The position numbers and the translations under genes are program-made. This document shows, piece after piece, positions 48,141-58,361 of a DNA stretch of 64,000 nucleotides. Origin of the DNA: Candidatus Pacearchaeota archaeon (GTDB lineage: Archaea; Nanobdellota; Nanobdellia; Pacearchaeales; GW2011-AR1); NCBI GenBank assembly GCA_016866955.1, contig VGKT01000002.1, positions 16,072 to 80,071 on the forward strand. Reading direction: 5' to 3'. The notes beneath the pieces were generated by a model. The model had not been told where the DNA came from. It searched no databases and was given only the letters and a program-made list of their open reading frames with translations. How positions within the stretch are numbered: position 1 is the stretch's first letter; each line of letters opens with the position of its first letter.

Positions 48141-50291
48141 ATGATAGCCACTCGTCAAGACCTCATTAAGAAATACTTAGACTATTTCAAAATTAAAAAG
48201 CACCATCACCTTCCTTCAGCCTCTCTTATTCCCGAAAACGATCCAACCGTTCTTTTTACCACGGCAGGTATGCACCCTCTTGTCCCTTATTTGCTCGGTC
48301 AAAAACACCCTTTGGGAAAACGATTGGTAAGTGTCCAAAAATGCATTCGTACAGGAGATATTGATGAAGTAGGGGATACTACGCACCACACCTTCTTTGA
48401 AATGTTAGGAAATTGGTCATTAGGAGATTATTTTAAAAAAGAAGCAATTGAATTCAGCTTTGAGTTCTTAACACACGTTCTTGCAATTCCAAAAGAAAAA
48501 ATCGCAATTTCTTGTTTTATTGGTGACCAAGATGCCCCACGAGATAAAGAATCAGAACAATATTGGAAAGAGAAAGGAATCCCTTCAGAACGTATTGCCT
48601 TTCTCCCAAAAAAGAACAATTGGTGGGGTCCTGCTGGAGAAACAGGCCCTTGTGGACCAGATACTGAAATGTTTTACTGGAAACCTGCAAGCCCTGCCCC
48701 CAAGACTTTCAATCCGCATGATGAAAACTGGGTAGAAATCTGGAATGATGTATTCATGCAATATGAAAAAACAAAGATAAAGGCGATATTAGCAGATGCA
48801 GTTAACGCCCTTATAGATAAAGAAAAAGGGCTTAATAAAGAGCTGGCAGAAATAATATTAAATACAAACAAAAGAATAATAGTAGTTACAAATGCAAACC
48901 CTCAAGAGATTAAATCAAAACTGCAAAATTATAATTTCGAAGTCTTTAGTCTGTTAAAAGAGCCCGATAAATCAAATCCAAAGTACTTCAAAGAGCTTTT
49001 AGAAAAATATAATCTATCTCCACATGAAGTTATCTATTTTGATCATAAAGAAGAAAATGTCAAATCAGCAAGCCAAAATAATATTAATTCAATGCTGTAT
49101 AAAAGCAATGCTCAAGTTAAAGAATTTATTGATAATACTTCGGGAAATTATATTTCCTTAAAACAACAAAATGTAGATACCGGAATGGGAGTAGAACGTA
49201 CCCTTGCCGTTCTCCAAGGATATGAAGACAATTACCTCACAAGCATATTCCAACCACTTATCAAAGAAATAGAAAAGCTCAGCACTAAAACATATGGAAA
49301 AAACAAAGAAGAAACCAGAGGAATGCGAATCATAGCCGACCATATTCGTGCGGCAACATTCATCATAGGAGATAATCGAGGAGTAAAACCAAGCAACATT
49401 GGACAAGGATATGTTGTTCGAAGACTCATTCGTCGAGCAATACGATATATGAAACAACTAGGCATCTCTCCAGGAAATATACCTGCATTAGTAAAAAAAA
49501 TCATCCCTCTTTATTCTGATTATCAAGAACTCCACACCAATAAGGCATTTATTCTCCAACAACTTGAAGAAGAAGAAACAAAATTCAACAAAACCCTCGA
49601 ATCAGGTATCAAAAAGTTTAACGAATTAGCAAAAATGCACAAACAGATCATTCCAGGAAACGATGCTTTCCTCCTCTTCCAATCATATGGCTTCCCTATT
49701 GAAATGACTCAAGAACTTGCCCAAGAACAAGGAATAAAGATAGATCTTGAAGGATATAACACAGAATTTCAAAAACATCAAGATCTCTCACGTACCTCTT
49801 CAGCAGGTATGTTCAAATCAGGACTTGCAGATGATAGTCAAGCAACACGCAAACTCCATACTGCAACGCACTTACTCAATGAAGCACTACGTCAAGTACT
49901 TGATAAAGAGATTAAACAAAGAGGAAGCAACATTACTCCTGAACGTTTACGATTTGATTTTAATTTCCCACGTAAACTTACCGAAGAGGAAGTAAAAAAA
50001 ATAGAACAATGGGTTAATCTAAAAATACAAGCTTCGCTTTCCATCCATCGAGAAGAAGTCCCACTTGCAGATGCAGTAAGTTCAGGAGCCCAACATGAAT
50101 TCGGAGGAAAATACCCTGAAATGGTTTCCGTATATACTGTAATTGATCCTTCAGAATCACGAGGATGGAGCTCAAAAGAATTTTGTACAGGACCTCATGT
50201 TGCAAATACAAAGGAACTCGGTTCATTTAAGATTCTTAAAGAAGAAGCAGTAGCAGCAGGCATTCGAAGAATTAAAGCAATTGTTGCTTAA
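48141..50291 (+). CDS. alaS: alanyl-tRNA synthetase (short form) with inserted HAD-like domain
   Basis: DPTVLFTTAGM, HHTFFEMLGNWS, DTGMGVER, HTATHLL, CTGPH; insert about 48774-49140. Confidence 0.96.
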   Translation: MIATRQDLIKKYLDYFKIKKHHHLPSASLIPENDPTVLFTTAGMHPLVPYLLGQKHPLGKRLVSVQKCIRTGDIDEVGDTTHHTFFEMLGNWSLGDYFKKEAIEFSFEFLTHVLAIPKEKIAISCFIGDQDAPRDKESEQYWKEKGIPSERIAFLPKKNNWWGPAGETGPCGPDTEMFYWKPASPAPKTFNPHDENWVEIWNDVFMQYEKTKIKAILADAVNALIDKEKGLNKELAEIILNTNKRIIVVTNANPQEIKSKLQNYNFEVFSLLKEPDKSNPKYFKELLEKYNLSPHEVIYFDHKEENVKSASQNNINSMLYKSNAQVKEFIDNTSGNYISLKQQNVDTGMGVERTLAVLQGYEDNYLTSIFQPLIKEIEKLSTKTYGKNKEETRGMRIIADHIRAATFIIGDNRGVKPSNIGQGYVVRRLIRRAIRYMKQLGISPGNIPALVKKIIPLYSDYQELHTNKAFILQQLEEEETKFNKTLESGIKKFNELAKMHKQIIPGNDAFLLFQSYGFPIEMTQELAQEQGIKIDLEGYNTEFQKHQDLSRTSSAGMFKSGLADDSQATRKLHTATHLLNEALRQVLDKEIKQRGSNITPERLRFDFNFPRKLTEEEVKKIEQWVNLKIQASLSIHREEVPLADAVSSGAQHEFGGKYPEMVSVYTVIDPSESRGWSSKEFCTGPHVANTKELGSFKILKEEAVAAGIRRIKAIVA

Positions 50292-51061
50292 ACAAGTACT
50301 TCCCATAGAAGCACCACCATTCCTAATATCCCCGTATATACTGCAAACCATCGTAAATAGACCCGTCGTATCAATAAACGAGTGAACGCGAAATGTACTC
50401 CACATATTCCTACTCCAAATGCAACCATCGTTCCCCAAAAATAAGAAAGAGGTAATGAAGCTGAACCGAGATGTAACACTTGTGCTCCAAACACAACAGG
50501 AAGGGATAATAAAAATGAAAAACGCACTGCCTCACGTTCAGATAAACCAACCCAAAGGCCCATACTAATCGTGCTTCCTGAACGAGAAATCCCTCGCATT
50601 AAGGACAATAATTGCGCACACCCTATCAAAAAAGCACTTCTGAAGGTAAAGGAGCATGTTCGTCCTGGAGCATAACTACCAATGCTCAAGATCAAACTCG
50701 TTACTAACCATCCCCCACTCAATAAAATCCAAGAAGAGGTTTCTAAAAGCCTAAAAGTATGAAGAACGCCTCCCACAACCGCTAACGGAATAAACGCCAC
50801 TCCTAACAACAACCCCTCTCGTCCCGGCCCTTCTTTCCATGAACCTGAAAGTAAGGCCCGAACAATAGAAACAAGGTCTTCTCCAAAATAAACAAACAAG
50901 GCCATCAAAGTACCAAAATGCAATGCAGATAAGAAAGCAACATCAGGAGTATATCCAACTAATCGTCCAACAAGCAACATATGTCCTGAACTAGAAATAG
51001 GCAACCATTCAGTAATTCCCTGAACAACGGCTAAAAGAAGAGTAATCCAAAGATCTTGCAT
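50288..51061 (-). CDS. uppP: undecaprenyl-diphosphate phosphatase
   Basis: QGITEWLPISSSGH, LHFGT, GISRSGSTI, RFSFLLS.P. Confidence 0.93.
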   Translation of the reverse strand: MQDLWITLLLAVVQGITEWLPISSSGHMLLVGRLVGYTPDVAFLSALHFGTLMALFVYFGEDLVSIVRALLSGSWKEGPGREGLLLGVAFIPLAVVGGVLHTFRLLETSSWILLSGGWLVTSLILSIGSYAPGRTCSFTFRSAFLIGCAQLLSLMRGISRSGSTISMGLWVGLSEREAVRFSFLLSLPVVFGAQVLHLGSASLPLSYFWGTMVAFGVGICGVHFAFTRLLIRRVYLRWFAVYTGILGMVVLLWEVLV

Positions 51062-51110
51062 CGTTGCACAGGAAAAAAAGAGTTAATAAAGAATTTGTTT
51101 TATTCCGATC

Positions 51111-51266
51111 TTAATAACACTCGGTACACATTAATGGCAATTGTAACTGTTTCGCACGAATCGCACGTAATACCAGAAACTCATTGCCATAGAAGGTATC
51201 ATATTCCACATCAAATGCTTCGCCACACAAGCTACACATTGCCGGGATCAATACTGTTTGTTCCAT
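51111..51266 (-). CDS. 51-aa CxxC...CxxC zinc-finger protein (not in ORF track)
   Basis: MEQTVLIPAMCSLCGEAFD...LMCTECY; GGAGGTGA SD. Confidence 0.78.
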   Translation of the reverse strand: MEQTVLIPAMCSLCGEAFDVEYDTFYGNEFLVLRAIRAKQLQLPLMCTECY

Positions 51267-51527
51267 ACCTCGTCACCTCCTTAGAACAAGGCGTATAAAA
51301 TCTATATAACCACACTACAAAAACAAAACAACTATTACGCAAAACAAAAACATAAATACCTAGTCACTCTCAAAAGACAATCTACTGTAAAAAAGAAAAG
51401 TAACAAAAACAAATCAAAAAATCAACGAATACCCCTCTTGTCACTTTCCCCCCTTTAAATACAAAAATACTATTTAAATCAAAAAAGAAAAAAGAAATGT
51501 ATCGATTTGTAACTTAAAAGAGAGTAT

Positions 51528-52205
51528 CTAAGAAAAACGAGCAGAAAGCGATGAAAGAGTTTGAGTAGCATCTCGTGTATAATCAAATCGTTTACGAAAA
51601 AGATATGCGATTTGAGGAGCAGAAATATGATTACAAGAATATGCACAAAAAAGAGCATCTCCCAAAGCATATCCTCGTTGATGAATAACAAAGTCTTGAA
51701 GTGAAAGAGCGCCTCGAGAAAAGCGAGTAATAAAAGAAACAAGTCTGCTCTGTTGAGAAAGAGTCATTGATGAAAAATCAGGGAGATTGACAAAATCACT
51801 CTGACGTTGAGGATAAATAAGTTTTGATCCAAAGTAAGCTAGTGCTTCAGAAAGTATCTGAAATGAAACCGCTTCATCTTCCGAAAGAGAGCCAGTTTTA
51901 ATAGGAGAAAGAGAGGAATGAAGAAAATGAGTTGCTTCTTCAGCAATGTCTCCTACATCATAACGTCCAATGCAAATAACAGGTTGTGAGTCACAGGTAA
52001 AACTATCACCACATACACGATTTCTTTCAAAAAAAGAACGGAAAGAAGCAGGCAAACAAACATCTGAAAAAGAGAATCCGTTTCGCCCTATCCAATAAAC
52101 CTCAGGATAACGATGCACAGGCAAACCAAGTTCTTGAGAGATATCTTCAAGCGCAGAAAAAACCATTTCTTCAACTTGTTCTCGACGAGTTGGCATGACA
52201 ATCAA
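51528..52205 (-). CDS. hypothetical protein with zincin-like EExxH motif
   Basis: IAEEATHFLH ... SEALAYFG ... HQRGYALG. Confidence 0.7.
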   Translation of the reverse strand: MIVMPTRREQVEEMVFSALEDISQELGLPVHRYPEVYWIGRNGFSFSDVCLPASFRSFFERNRVCGDSFTCDSQPVICIGRYDVGDIAEEATHFLHSSLSPIKTGSLSEDEAVSFQILSEALAYFGSKLIYPQRQSDFVNLPDFSSMTLSQQSRLVSFITRFSRGALSLQDFVIHQRGYALGDALFCAYSCNHISAPQIAYLFRKRFDYTRDATQTLSSLSARFS

Positions 52206-52234
52206 AAGGAAAAAAGAGGTATTAAAGAATATCG

Positions 52235-54700
52235 TTACTCAACAAATAACGCAGGTTTCCCCGGCTTTGCCTTCCCCGCTTTACCTTGCGGATCATATTT
52301 CTTCGGATCATTCACTGCAAAAACTCTGATAGGCTTTCCTACTCGCTTGGTCAAAGAGTCAGGAGCATAATTTCCTACTTCTTTCGGCAATACATACACA
52401 TACACCTGCGTTCCTTCTTCCCCAGTCTTTTCCTTCACCAATCGCAACACATTCATAATATCGCTTACCGTCTTCTCCACCGCTTGTTCCACAACATCAA
52501 ACGCAGGATTTATTTTAGAAGTATCTACCTTCGGCCACGATTCTGTAGCAATCAAAGTCTTATTACCAAGTCGCGACCATAATTCTTCACAAACATGAGG
52601 AATAATTGGTGACATACCTAGTAAAAGAGATTCATAAGCTGCTCGTGAAATACTTTCTTTCTCTGAGAGAGACGAAACAAGTTCCATAAAAGAAACAATG
52701 CCTTTATTGAATTCAATAGATTCGTAATTTTTTTCTAATTGTGTTAAAAATGAAGCAATTTTATGATCTACAATAGGATCAGACACTTTTCCAACTTTAT
52801 CAGCAAGTGCAATAAATCGTTTAATAACTTTAAAGGCCCCTTCAATTCCTTTATCGTCCCATTCAATAGCTTTATCTGGACTTGCAACAAACATAATGAA
52901 TAAACGTGCAGTATCAATACCATATTTTGCAGAAATTTCTTCAGCAGTGACCGTATTTCCGTGACTCTTACTCATACGTTCTCCACCTTTATGCACAATA
53001 CCTTGATTAAACAATTTTTGAAATGGTTCATCAAAAGTTACAAGTCCACAATCTCGTAAAAATTTGGTAAAGAAACGAGCATATAAAAGATGTAAAACGG
53101 CATGTTCCATTCCTCCAATATATTGATCTGCAGGCATCCAATAAGCAACTTTCTTAGAATCAAAGAGGGCTTTTTTATTGTCAGGATCACAATATCGTAA
53201 ATAATACCAACTCGAGTCAATAAAAGTAGCCATCGTATCAGTTTCACGCTTTGCTTTTCCTTTACAAGTAGGACAAGAAGTTTCAACAAACGCTTTACAA
53301 GTAACTAAGGGGTTGCCTTTACCAGTAAAAGTAACATCAACTGGAAGCTGTACTGGAAGTTGTTTCTCAGGAACGGGCACAATTCCACATTTCGAACAAT
53401 ATACTATCGGAATAGGAGTGCCCCAGTAGCGCTGACGAGAAACAAGCCAATCGCGCAAACGATATTCAGTGGTAATCGCTCCTTTTTTGAGTTTGACAAG
53501 ATGAGCAGAGATAACTTTTTTGGCTTTTTCATTTTCTAAACCATCAAAAGTATCTGAATCAATCAAAATTCCTCTACCAATATAAGCTTCTTTCATTTTT
53601 TTATCAATTTTTCCATTTACTTGACAAATAACTTGTTTGATAGGCAAGGCATATTTTTGTGCAAAATCAAAATCTCGTTGATCATGCGCAGGAACACCCA
53701 TAACAAAGCCCGTACCATAATCTGCAACAACAAAATTAGAAGCAAAGATAGGTAAACGCTCACCAGTAAGCGGATGAAGTGCAAAAAGACCCGTATTAAA
53801 CCCTTCTTTCTCTTTAGTAACATCTAATTTTTCAGAAGCAGAAACAGTTTGTAAAAAAGAACGATATGCTTTCTCTTGAGGAGTCCCTTTCAATAAATCA
53901 CCTAAAAGAGGATGACGAGCAGCACATGTTAAAAAAGTAACCCCATAAAGAGTATCGGGACGAGTAGTGAACACTTCGAAGGATTGTTTTGTTCCTTCTA
54001 AGATAAACGTAACTTTTGTTCCTTCACTCTTTCCAATCCAATTGCGTTGCATTTCTTTAACTCGCTCATTCCATTGTAAAGTATCTAAACCTGAAAGTAA
54101 TTCATCAGCATAAGCGGTAATTTTGAAAAACCATTGTTCCAATTGTTCGAGAGAGACAGGTTGATCACAACGCCAACAGTTTCCATCAATAACTTCTTCA
54201 TTCGCCAAAGTAGTAGCGCAGGTTTTACAATAATTAACTGGTGCTTTCTTACGGTAGGCAATACCTTTTTCAAGCATTTTTAAGAAAATCCATTGATTCC
54301 AACGATAGTAATCAGGAAGATGTGTAGAAACTTCACGATCCCAATCATAACTTAAGCCTAATTCTTTCATAAGTTTTCGAATAGTAGCGATAGCATCATT
54401 AGTATAGGTTGCAGGATGACTCTTGGCTTTAATTGCCGCATTTTCAGCAGGTAATCCAAATGCGTCAAAACCCATAGGATACAAGACATTCTTACCTTGC
54501 ATACGTTTAAAGCGAGCAATAATATCCCCAATAGAATAACACTTAACATGCCCCATATGCAAGTAGCTTGCGGAAGGATAAGGAAACATTTCTAAACAAT
54601 AAAATTTATCCTTTTTCCCTTCTTTTGCTTTAAAGGCTCCTTGTTTTTCCCATTCCTTTTGCCACTTTTGCTCTATTTTCTTAAAATCAAAATCAGCCAT
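52235..54700 (-). CDS. leuS: leucyl-tRNA synthetase (bacterial-type core, archaeal-type C-terminus)
   Basis: MFPYPS, HMGH, FTTRPDT, SRQRYWGTPIP, MSKS; ends DPQGKA.KAKPGKPALFVE. Confidence 0.97.
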   Translation of the reverse strand: MADFDFKKIEQKWQKEWEKQGAFKAKEGKKDKFYCLEMFPYPSASYLHMGHVKCYSIGDIIARFKRMQGKNVLYPMGFDAFGLPAENAAIKAKSHPATYTNDAIATIRKLMKELGLSYDWDREVSTHLPDYYRWNQWIFLKMLEKGIAYRKKAPVNYCKTCATTLANEEVIDGNCWRCDQPVSLEQLEQWFFKITAYADELLSGLDTLQWNERVKEMQRNWIGKSEGTKVTFILEGTKQSFEVFTTRPDTLYGVTFLTCAARHPLLGDLLKGTPQEKAYRSFLQTVSASEKLDVTKEKEGFNTGLFALHPLTGERLPIFASNFVVADYGTGFVMGVPAHDQRDFDFAQKYALPIKQVICQVNGKIDKKMKEAYIGRGILIDSDTFDGLENEKAKKVISAHLVKLKKGAITTEYRLRDWLVSRQRYWGTPIPIVYCSKCGIVPVPEKQLPVQLPVDVTFTGKGNPLVTCKAFVETSCPTCKGKAKRETDTMATFIDSSWYYLRYCDPDNKKALFDSKKVAYWMPADQYIGGMEHAVLHLLYARFFTKFLRDCGLVTFDEPFQKLFNQGIVHKGGERMSKSHGNTVTAEEISAKYGIDTARLFIMFVASPDKAIEWDDKGIEGAFKVIKRFIALADKVGKVSDPIVDHKIASFLTQLEKNYESIEFNKGIVSFMELVSSLSEKESISRAAYESLLLGMSPIIPHVCEELWSRLGNKTLIATESWPKVDTSKINPAFDVVEQAVEKTVSDIMNVLRLVKEKTGEEGTQVYVYVLPKEVGNYAPDSLTKRVGKPIRVFAVNDPKKYDPQGKAGKAKPGKPALFVE

Positions 54701-54732
54701 GACACACCCTCAAAAACGAATAATATAAACCT

Positions 54733-55095
54733 TTAGAACCCAGTATCCAAACCAGCAAGAAGACCTTTCTTTCGTAATTGTGTCAACATAGATCCTTGAT
54801 ATTTGAAGATCAAATCGCCCTTTTCAGGATCATCAGGCCAAACAGCAATCAATACGTAATCCCCTGGTCGTAACCATAATCCTCGGCGATACCGACCAGG
54901 TACTCGACAATTACGACTCTTTCCATCAGTACTTTTTACTTCCATTCTATTACCCCCATAGCGCTGTACAATTACTCCAATTAATTCATCTTTCTTAGGA
55001 AGACGCGCCCGAACAACAACTTCTCCCCCTTCAACAACAGGTTCTTCACTCTCTTCTTTTACTTCTTCAAAATCTCCATATGCATCATCAGCCAT
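54733..55095 (-). CDS. eif1a: translation initiation factor aIF-1A
   Basis: RLPK..E..G.....GGNRM.V...DGK.R.CRVPGR...LW...D; start approximate. Confidence 0.93.
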   Translation of the reverse strand: MADDAYGDFEEVKEESEEPVVEGGEVVVRARLPKKDELIGVIVQRYGGNRMEVKSTDGKSRNCRVPGRYRRGLWLRPGDYVLIAVWPDDPEKGDLIFKYQGSMLTQLRKKGLLAGLDTGF

Positions 55096-55127
55096 ACTGC
55101 ACGTCCGCAATCTCCATTTAAAAACGT

Positions 55128-56081
55128 TTACAACTGTTTATACAAGAAACCGTAAAAGAAATAAAGAAGAGGGATAACAATAAAGATATAAGCAAAAGAA
55201 AGCAACAATTCAATTCCTTCTCCAAGAAAAGCATACGTACCAAATGAAAAAGTCAGTCTTAGTAAGAAAAAGGGAAGAGCACAAACAAAAATAGTCAAAG
55301 CCAAAAGAAGTGAATAGCCAAACACGTTCCATCGTTTTCCACGCATTCGTGCCCAAACTGCACGAATTGCCGCAAATCCAGTCGTTTTACGAGCAACCAC
55401 TTCATATAAGGTAAATGAAACGCCCAACAACCAATACCCTCCCAGAAAACATAAACCAATCATACCGACAATTCCCACTAAAGAACCAAATGAAAGAATA
55501 TCGGGATTGTCAAAAGAAAGAATCTGAGAAAGTGTCAAAACAAGTACTGTACCAAAAAAGAGTAATAGTCCCCCTAAAACAAGCACCAATAACAAAGCAA
55601 GAACACTCACAAAGAAAGAACCAAATCGTGCACGAGCATCGCGCAATAATACTCTTGCAGGTTTAAAGGTCCCAAAGAAACCAATCAATAACGCCAACAT
55701 ACCAAGTAAACCAAAAATACTAGTAATAATGCCAAGGAGGGTTTGTATTCCAAAGAAAGGCAATAATTCTTGTTGTAATTCTGTCAATATAACTTCTTGT
55801 GCCTTAAGAGCACTTACCAAAGATTCAGAAGCACCCTCTAAAAAAATTGAAGAAAGTAATGATTGATAGTGTGCTTGTGCTGCTTCATATTGTACTAATG
55901 CACCCTGTACACCCATAAGGTGAGCAACACCTTCTGAAACAAGCAACAGTACAAGAAGAGGAAGAAACATACAAATGAAAAGAATACTCGCAATCGTTTT
56001 CAAATGCAATTGGTATAGTTTCCAAGAAGAAGTAAGTAACGAGCGAAACGTCATTGTACTTTCACCATAAAGAGCATACAA
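55128..56081 (-). CDS. multi-pass membrane protein
   Basis: Several TM helices; start probably near 56054. Confidence 0.75.
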   Translation of the reverse strand: MYALYGESTMTFRSLLTSSWKLYQLHLKTIASILFICMFLPLLVLLLVSEGVAHLMGVQGALVQYEAAQAHYQSLLSSIFLEGASESLVSALKAQEVILTELQQELLPFFGIQTLLGIITSIFGLLGMLALLIGFFGTFKPARVLLRDARARFGSFFVSVLALLLVLVLGGLLLFFGTVLVLTLSQILSFDNPDILSFGSLVGIVGMIGLCFLGGYWLLGVSFTLYEVVARKTTGFAAIRAVWARMRGKRWNVFGYSLLLALTIFVCALPFFLLRLTFSFGTYAFLGEGIELLLSFAYIFIVIPLLYFFYGFLYKQL

Positions 56082-56119
56082 AGAACACCTATTTAAACCC
56101 CTCGCCTATAGAATGAAAG

Positions 56120-56626
56120 ATGATCATCATCCATAGTACCCCCACGCTTTCTTCAACCAGTCCCGAAGCATTTACGCTCCATGAAAAGTCTTGGATAGGT
56201 GAAAAAGTACAAAATCGCATCGAATATATGCCAGTAGAAGCACTTTTTCTTCTAGAGAGAAGAAAAGCAAAGATAGAAAGTACAAAATCTCTCTCTCACA
56301 CGCAACTTATTACTAAACTCAAGAAACAAGATAAACATATTCTCACCACCTACGCAACTTATCAGGATCTTCGTACCAAAGGATATATTGTAAAGTCCGC
56401 TCTCAAATTCGGAGGAGATTTTAGAGTCTACGAGAAAGGCACCACACCTGAAACAACGCACGCAAAATGGATTGTGCATACATTTCAAAGTACGCAAAAA
56501 ACAGACTGGCATAACATCGCAGCAAAGCTCCGTGTCACCCACGCCACTAAGAAAGCATTCCTCATCGCCCTTACTGACCGAGACAATTCTGTTTCTTATT
56601 ACGAAATGAACTGGCAACGTACCTAA
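56120..56626 (+). CDS. endA: tRNA-intron endonuclease (single unit)
   Basis: EALFL, YQDLR.KGY..KSALKFGGDFRVY, HA.W, R..H...K; His-Tyr-Lys triad present. Confidence 0.93.
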   Translation: MIIIHSTPTLSSTSPEAFTLHEKSWIGEKVQNRIEYMPVEALFLLERRKAKIESTKSLSHTQLITKLKKQDKHILTTYATYQDLRTKGYIVKSALKFGGDFRVYEKGTTPETTHAKWIVHTFQSTQKTDWHNIAAKLRVTHATKKAFLIALTDRDNSVSYYEMNWQRT

Positions 56627-56700
56627 CCCTTTATTTCACAATATACACAATATCAGGGAAGAATATAACATCTTTTATACTCTCAAACTTAATTAAGAAG

Positions 56701-57675
56701 ATGATTAACGCAGAGAAAGTAACTGAAATAAAATCCCTGATCATGGCTTTTGTTCAAGCTCGCGGTCCAAGCCTTCCCGTTCATATTGCTCGAGATGTCA
56801 CAATCGATCCACTTTTCGCCTCAGCTTTTCTCTCTGAACTCTTTCGCGAACATAAACTTCGCATGTCTCATCTCAAGGTAGGAAGTACTGCCCTCTATTT
56901 GCTTCCCGGACAAGAGCAACAATTAGAAAATTTCACGCACTATCTTAATCAACGTGAACAAGAAGCTTATCATCTCATCAAAAAAGCGGGGCTTATTGCA
57001 CATCACCAACTCAACCCCATTATGCAAGTTGCCATCACCCATATTCCTGATTTTGTTCAATCACTTGAACAACAAGGAGTCAAATATTGGCATTATGCAT
57101 TTCTTCCAGCCGAAGAACTCAACACAAGACTCAATCAACTCACCAAACCGACCATTAAAGAATCGTATCTTGAAGAACCTGAACAAAAAAAGGAACTTCT
57201 TCCTTCACCCAGTAGTTCACTTGCCGATATCAAACAAGCAATTGTAGAACAAGAAACTGCCTTCAAAGCAATACAACAAAAACCCCGAAAAGTAAAACAA
57301 CCAAAACAAAAAGCTCCCCCTCAGTCACTCCCCACCTCTCTCTCATTCTCTCCTCAACCAGAGCAACTGAAACCCCTCTTACCATTTACTCAAATAAGTA
57401 AAACATTCCTCGAAAGCAAGCACTTTCAATCAATCAACATACAAAAAGAAGAGAAAAAAGAATGCCAAATACAAGCAACAAAGGAAACAATTACCTATAC
57501 AATTCTAGCTAAAAACCGTAAAAAACTCCAAGAAACCGATCTCCAAGAAGCAATCACCCTTCTCCAATCAAATCGCACCCCCCTTATCCTTATCTTCCAA
57601 GCGCCGTTAGATAAAAAAGGCCTTGCTCTCCTCGAGCCCTGGAAGAACCTCATTCAGACTCTTTCTTTGACATAA
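56701..57675 (+). CDS. hypothetical protein with N-terminal wHTH-like region
   Basis: GPSLPVHIA...LFASAFLSEL...KVGS..LY.LPGQE. Confidence 0.75.
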   Translation: MINAEKVTEIKSLIMAFVQARGPSLPVHIARDVTIDPLFASAFLSELFREHKLRMSHLKVGSTALYLLPGQEQQLENFTHYLNQREQEAYHLIKKAGLIAHHQLNPIMQVAITHIPDFVQSLEQQGVKYWHYAFLPAEELNTRLNQLTKPTIKESYLEEPEQKKELLPSPSSSLADIKQAIVEQETAFKAIQQKPRKVKQPKQKAPPQSLPTSLSFSPQPEQLKPLLPFTQISKTFLESKHFQSINIQKEEKKECQIQATKETITYTILAKNRKKLQETDLQEAITLLQSNRTPLILIFQAPLDKKGLALLEPWKNLIQTLSLT

Positions 57676-57706
57676 CCTTTAAATACCATTTTTCCACCAC
57701 CTAGAC

Positions 57707-57994
57707 ATGGGAAGAATCAAATCATTGATGGTAAAGCGTGCAGCTAAGCAAATCAATGCACAAACCACCACGTTTACTGAAGGATATGAACATAATAAGA
57801 AACTCTTAGGAAAAGGCCTCCTTCCAAGTAAATCAATACGAAACAAAATTGCAGGATACATTGCTCGTATGAATAAAATGAAACGCCTTTTCTCTGAACG
57901 TGAAGCTCGTAGACTTGCTCGTGAAGAAGAAAAGAAAGCAAAATTAGCTGAAATTGCAGCAAAAATGCAATCCCAAGATATCCAAGCTGCCTAA
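57707..57994 (+). CDS. rps17e: 30S ribosomal protein S17e
   Basis: MGRIK...VKR, F...YEHNK, SKSIRNKIAGYI. Confidence 0.96.
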   Translation: MGRIKSLMVKRAAKQINAQTTTFTEGYEHNKKLLGKGLLPSKSIRNKIAGYIARMNKMKRLFSEREARRLAREEEKKAKLAEIAAKMQSQDIQAA

Positions 57995-58038
57995 GAACCT
58001 AACAAATAATTTTTCTCTAGCATATTTCTTTTTTTTAA

Positions 58039-58110
58039 TGGCTGTAGAGAGAATCGAACTCTCGACCCCTGCCTTATGAGAGCAGTGCTCTACCACTGAG
58101 CTACACAGCC
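58039..58110 (-). tRNA. tRNA with CAT anticodon (elongator Met or Ile2; not initiator)
   Basis: GGCTGTG/TACAGCC acceptor, CTGCT-CTCATAA-GGCAG; lacks A1:U72 and the three G:C pairs of initiators. Confidence 0.92.
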
Positions 58111-58160
58111 GTAGCAAGCAACGGGGAAGCGTTTATAAGGTTTTCAGCCCATCCCTTTTT

Positions 58161-58358
58161 ATGGCACTTGAAACAGTAGTGAGTGAAGTCACGGGAATTG
58201 TCCGTTGGCTCCAAGCACTAGGTATTTTACTCGTAGGATATGTCGTCTTTGAAATCATCACTTTTTATATCAACATTCGCAGATATCGTGAACTTCTCAA
58301 AATCAAAGAGGATATGATACGTATTGAAAAGAAGATTGACAAATTAGGAAGAAAGTAA
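58161..58358 (+). CDS. small single-TM protein
   Basis: WLQALG...IKEDMIRIEKKID; TTTATAA upstream. Confidence 0.78.
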   Translation: MALETVVSEVTGIVRWLQALGILLVGYVVFEIITFYINIRRYRELLKIKEDMIRIEKKIDKLGRK

Positions 58359-58361
58359 AAT

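Noticed and set aside
48774-49140. Intein in AlaRS
   Set aside because: No N-terminal Cys/Ser block, no His-Asn C-terminus and no LAGLIDADG motif; the motifs fit HAD.
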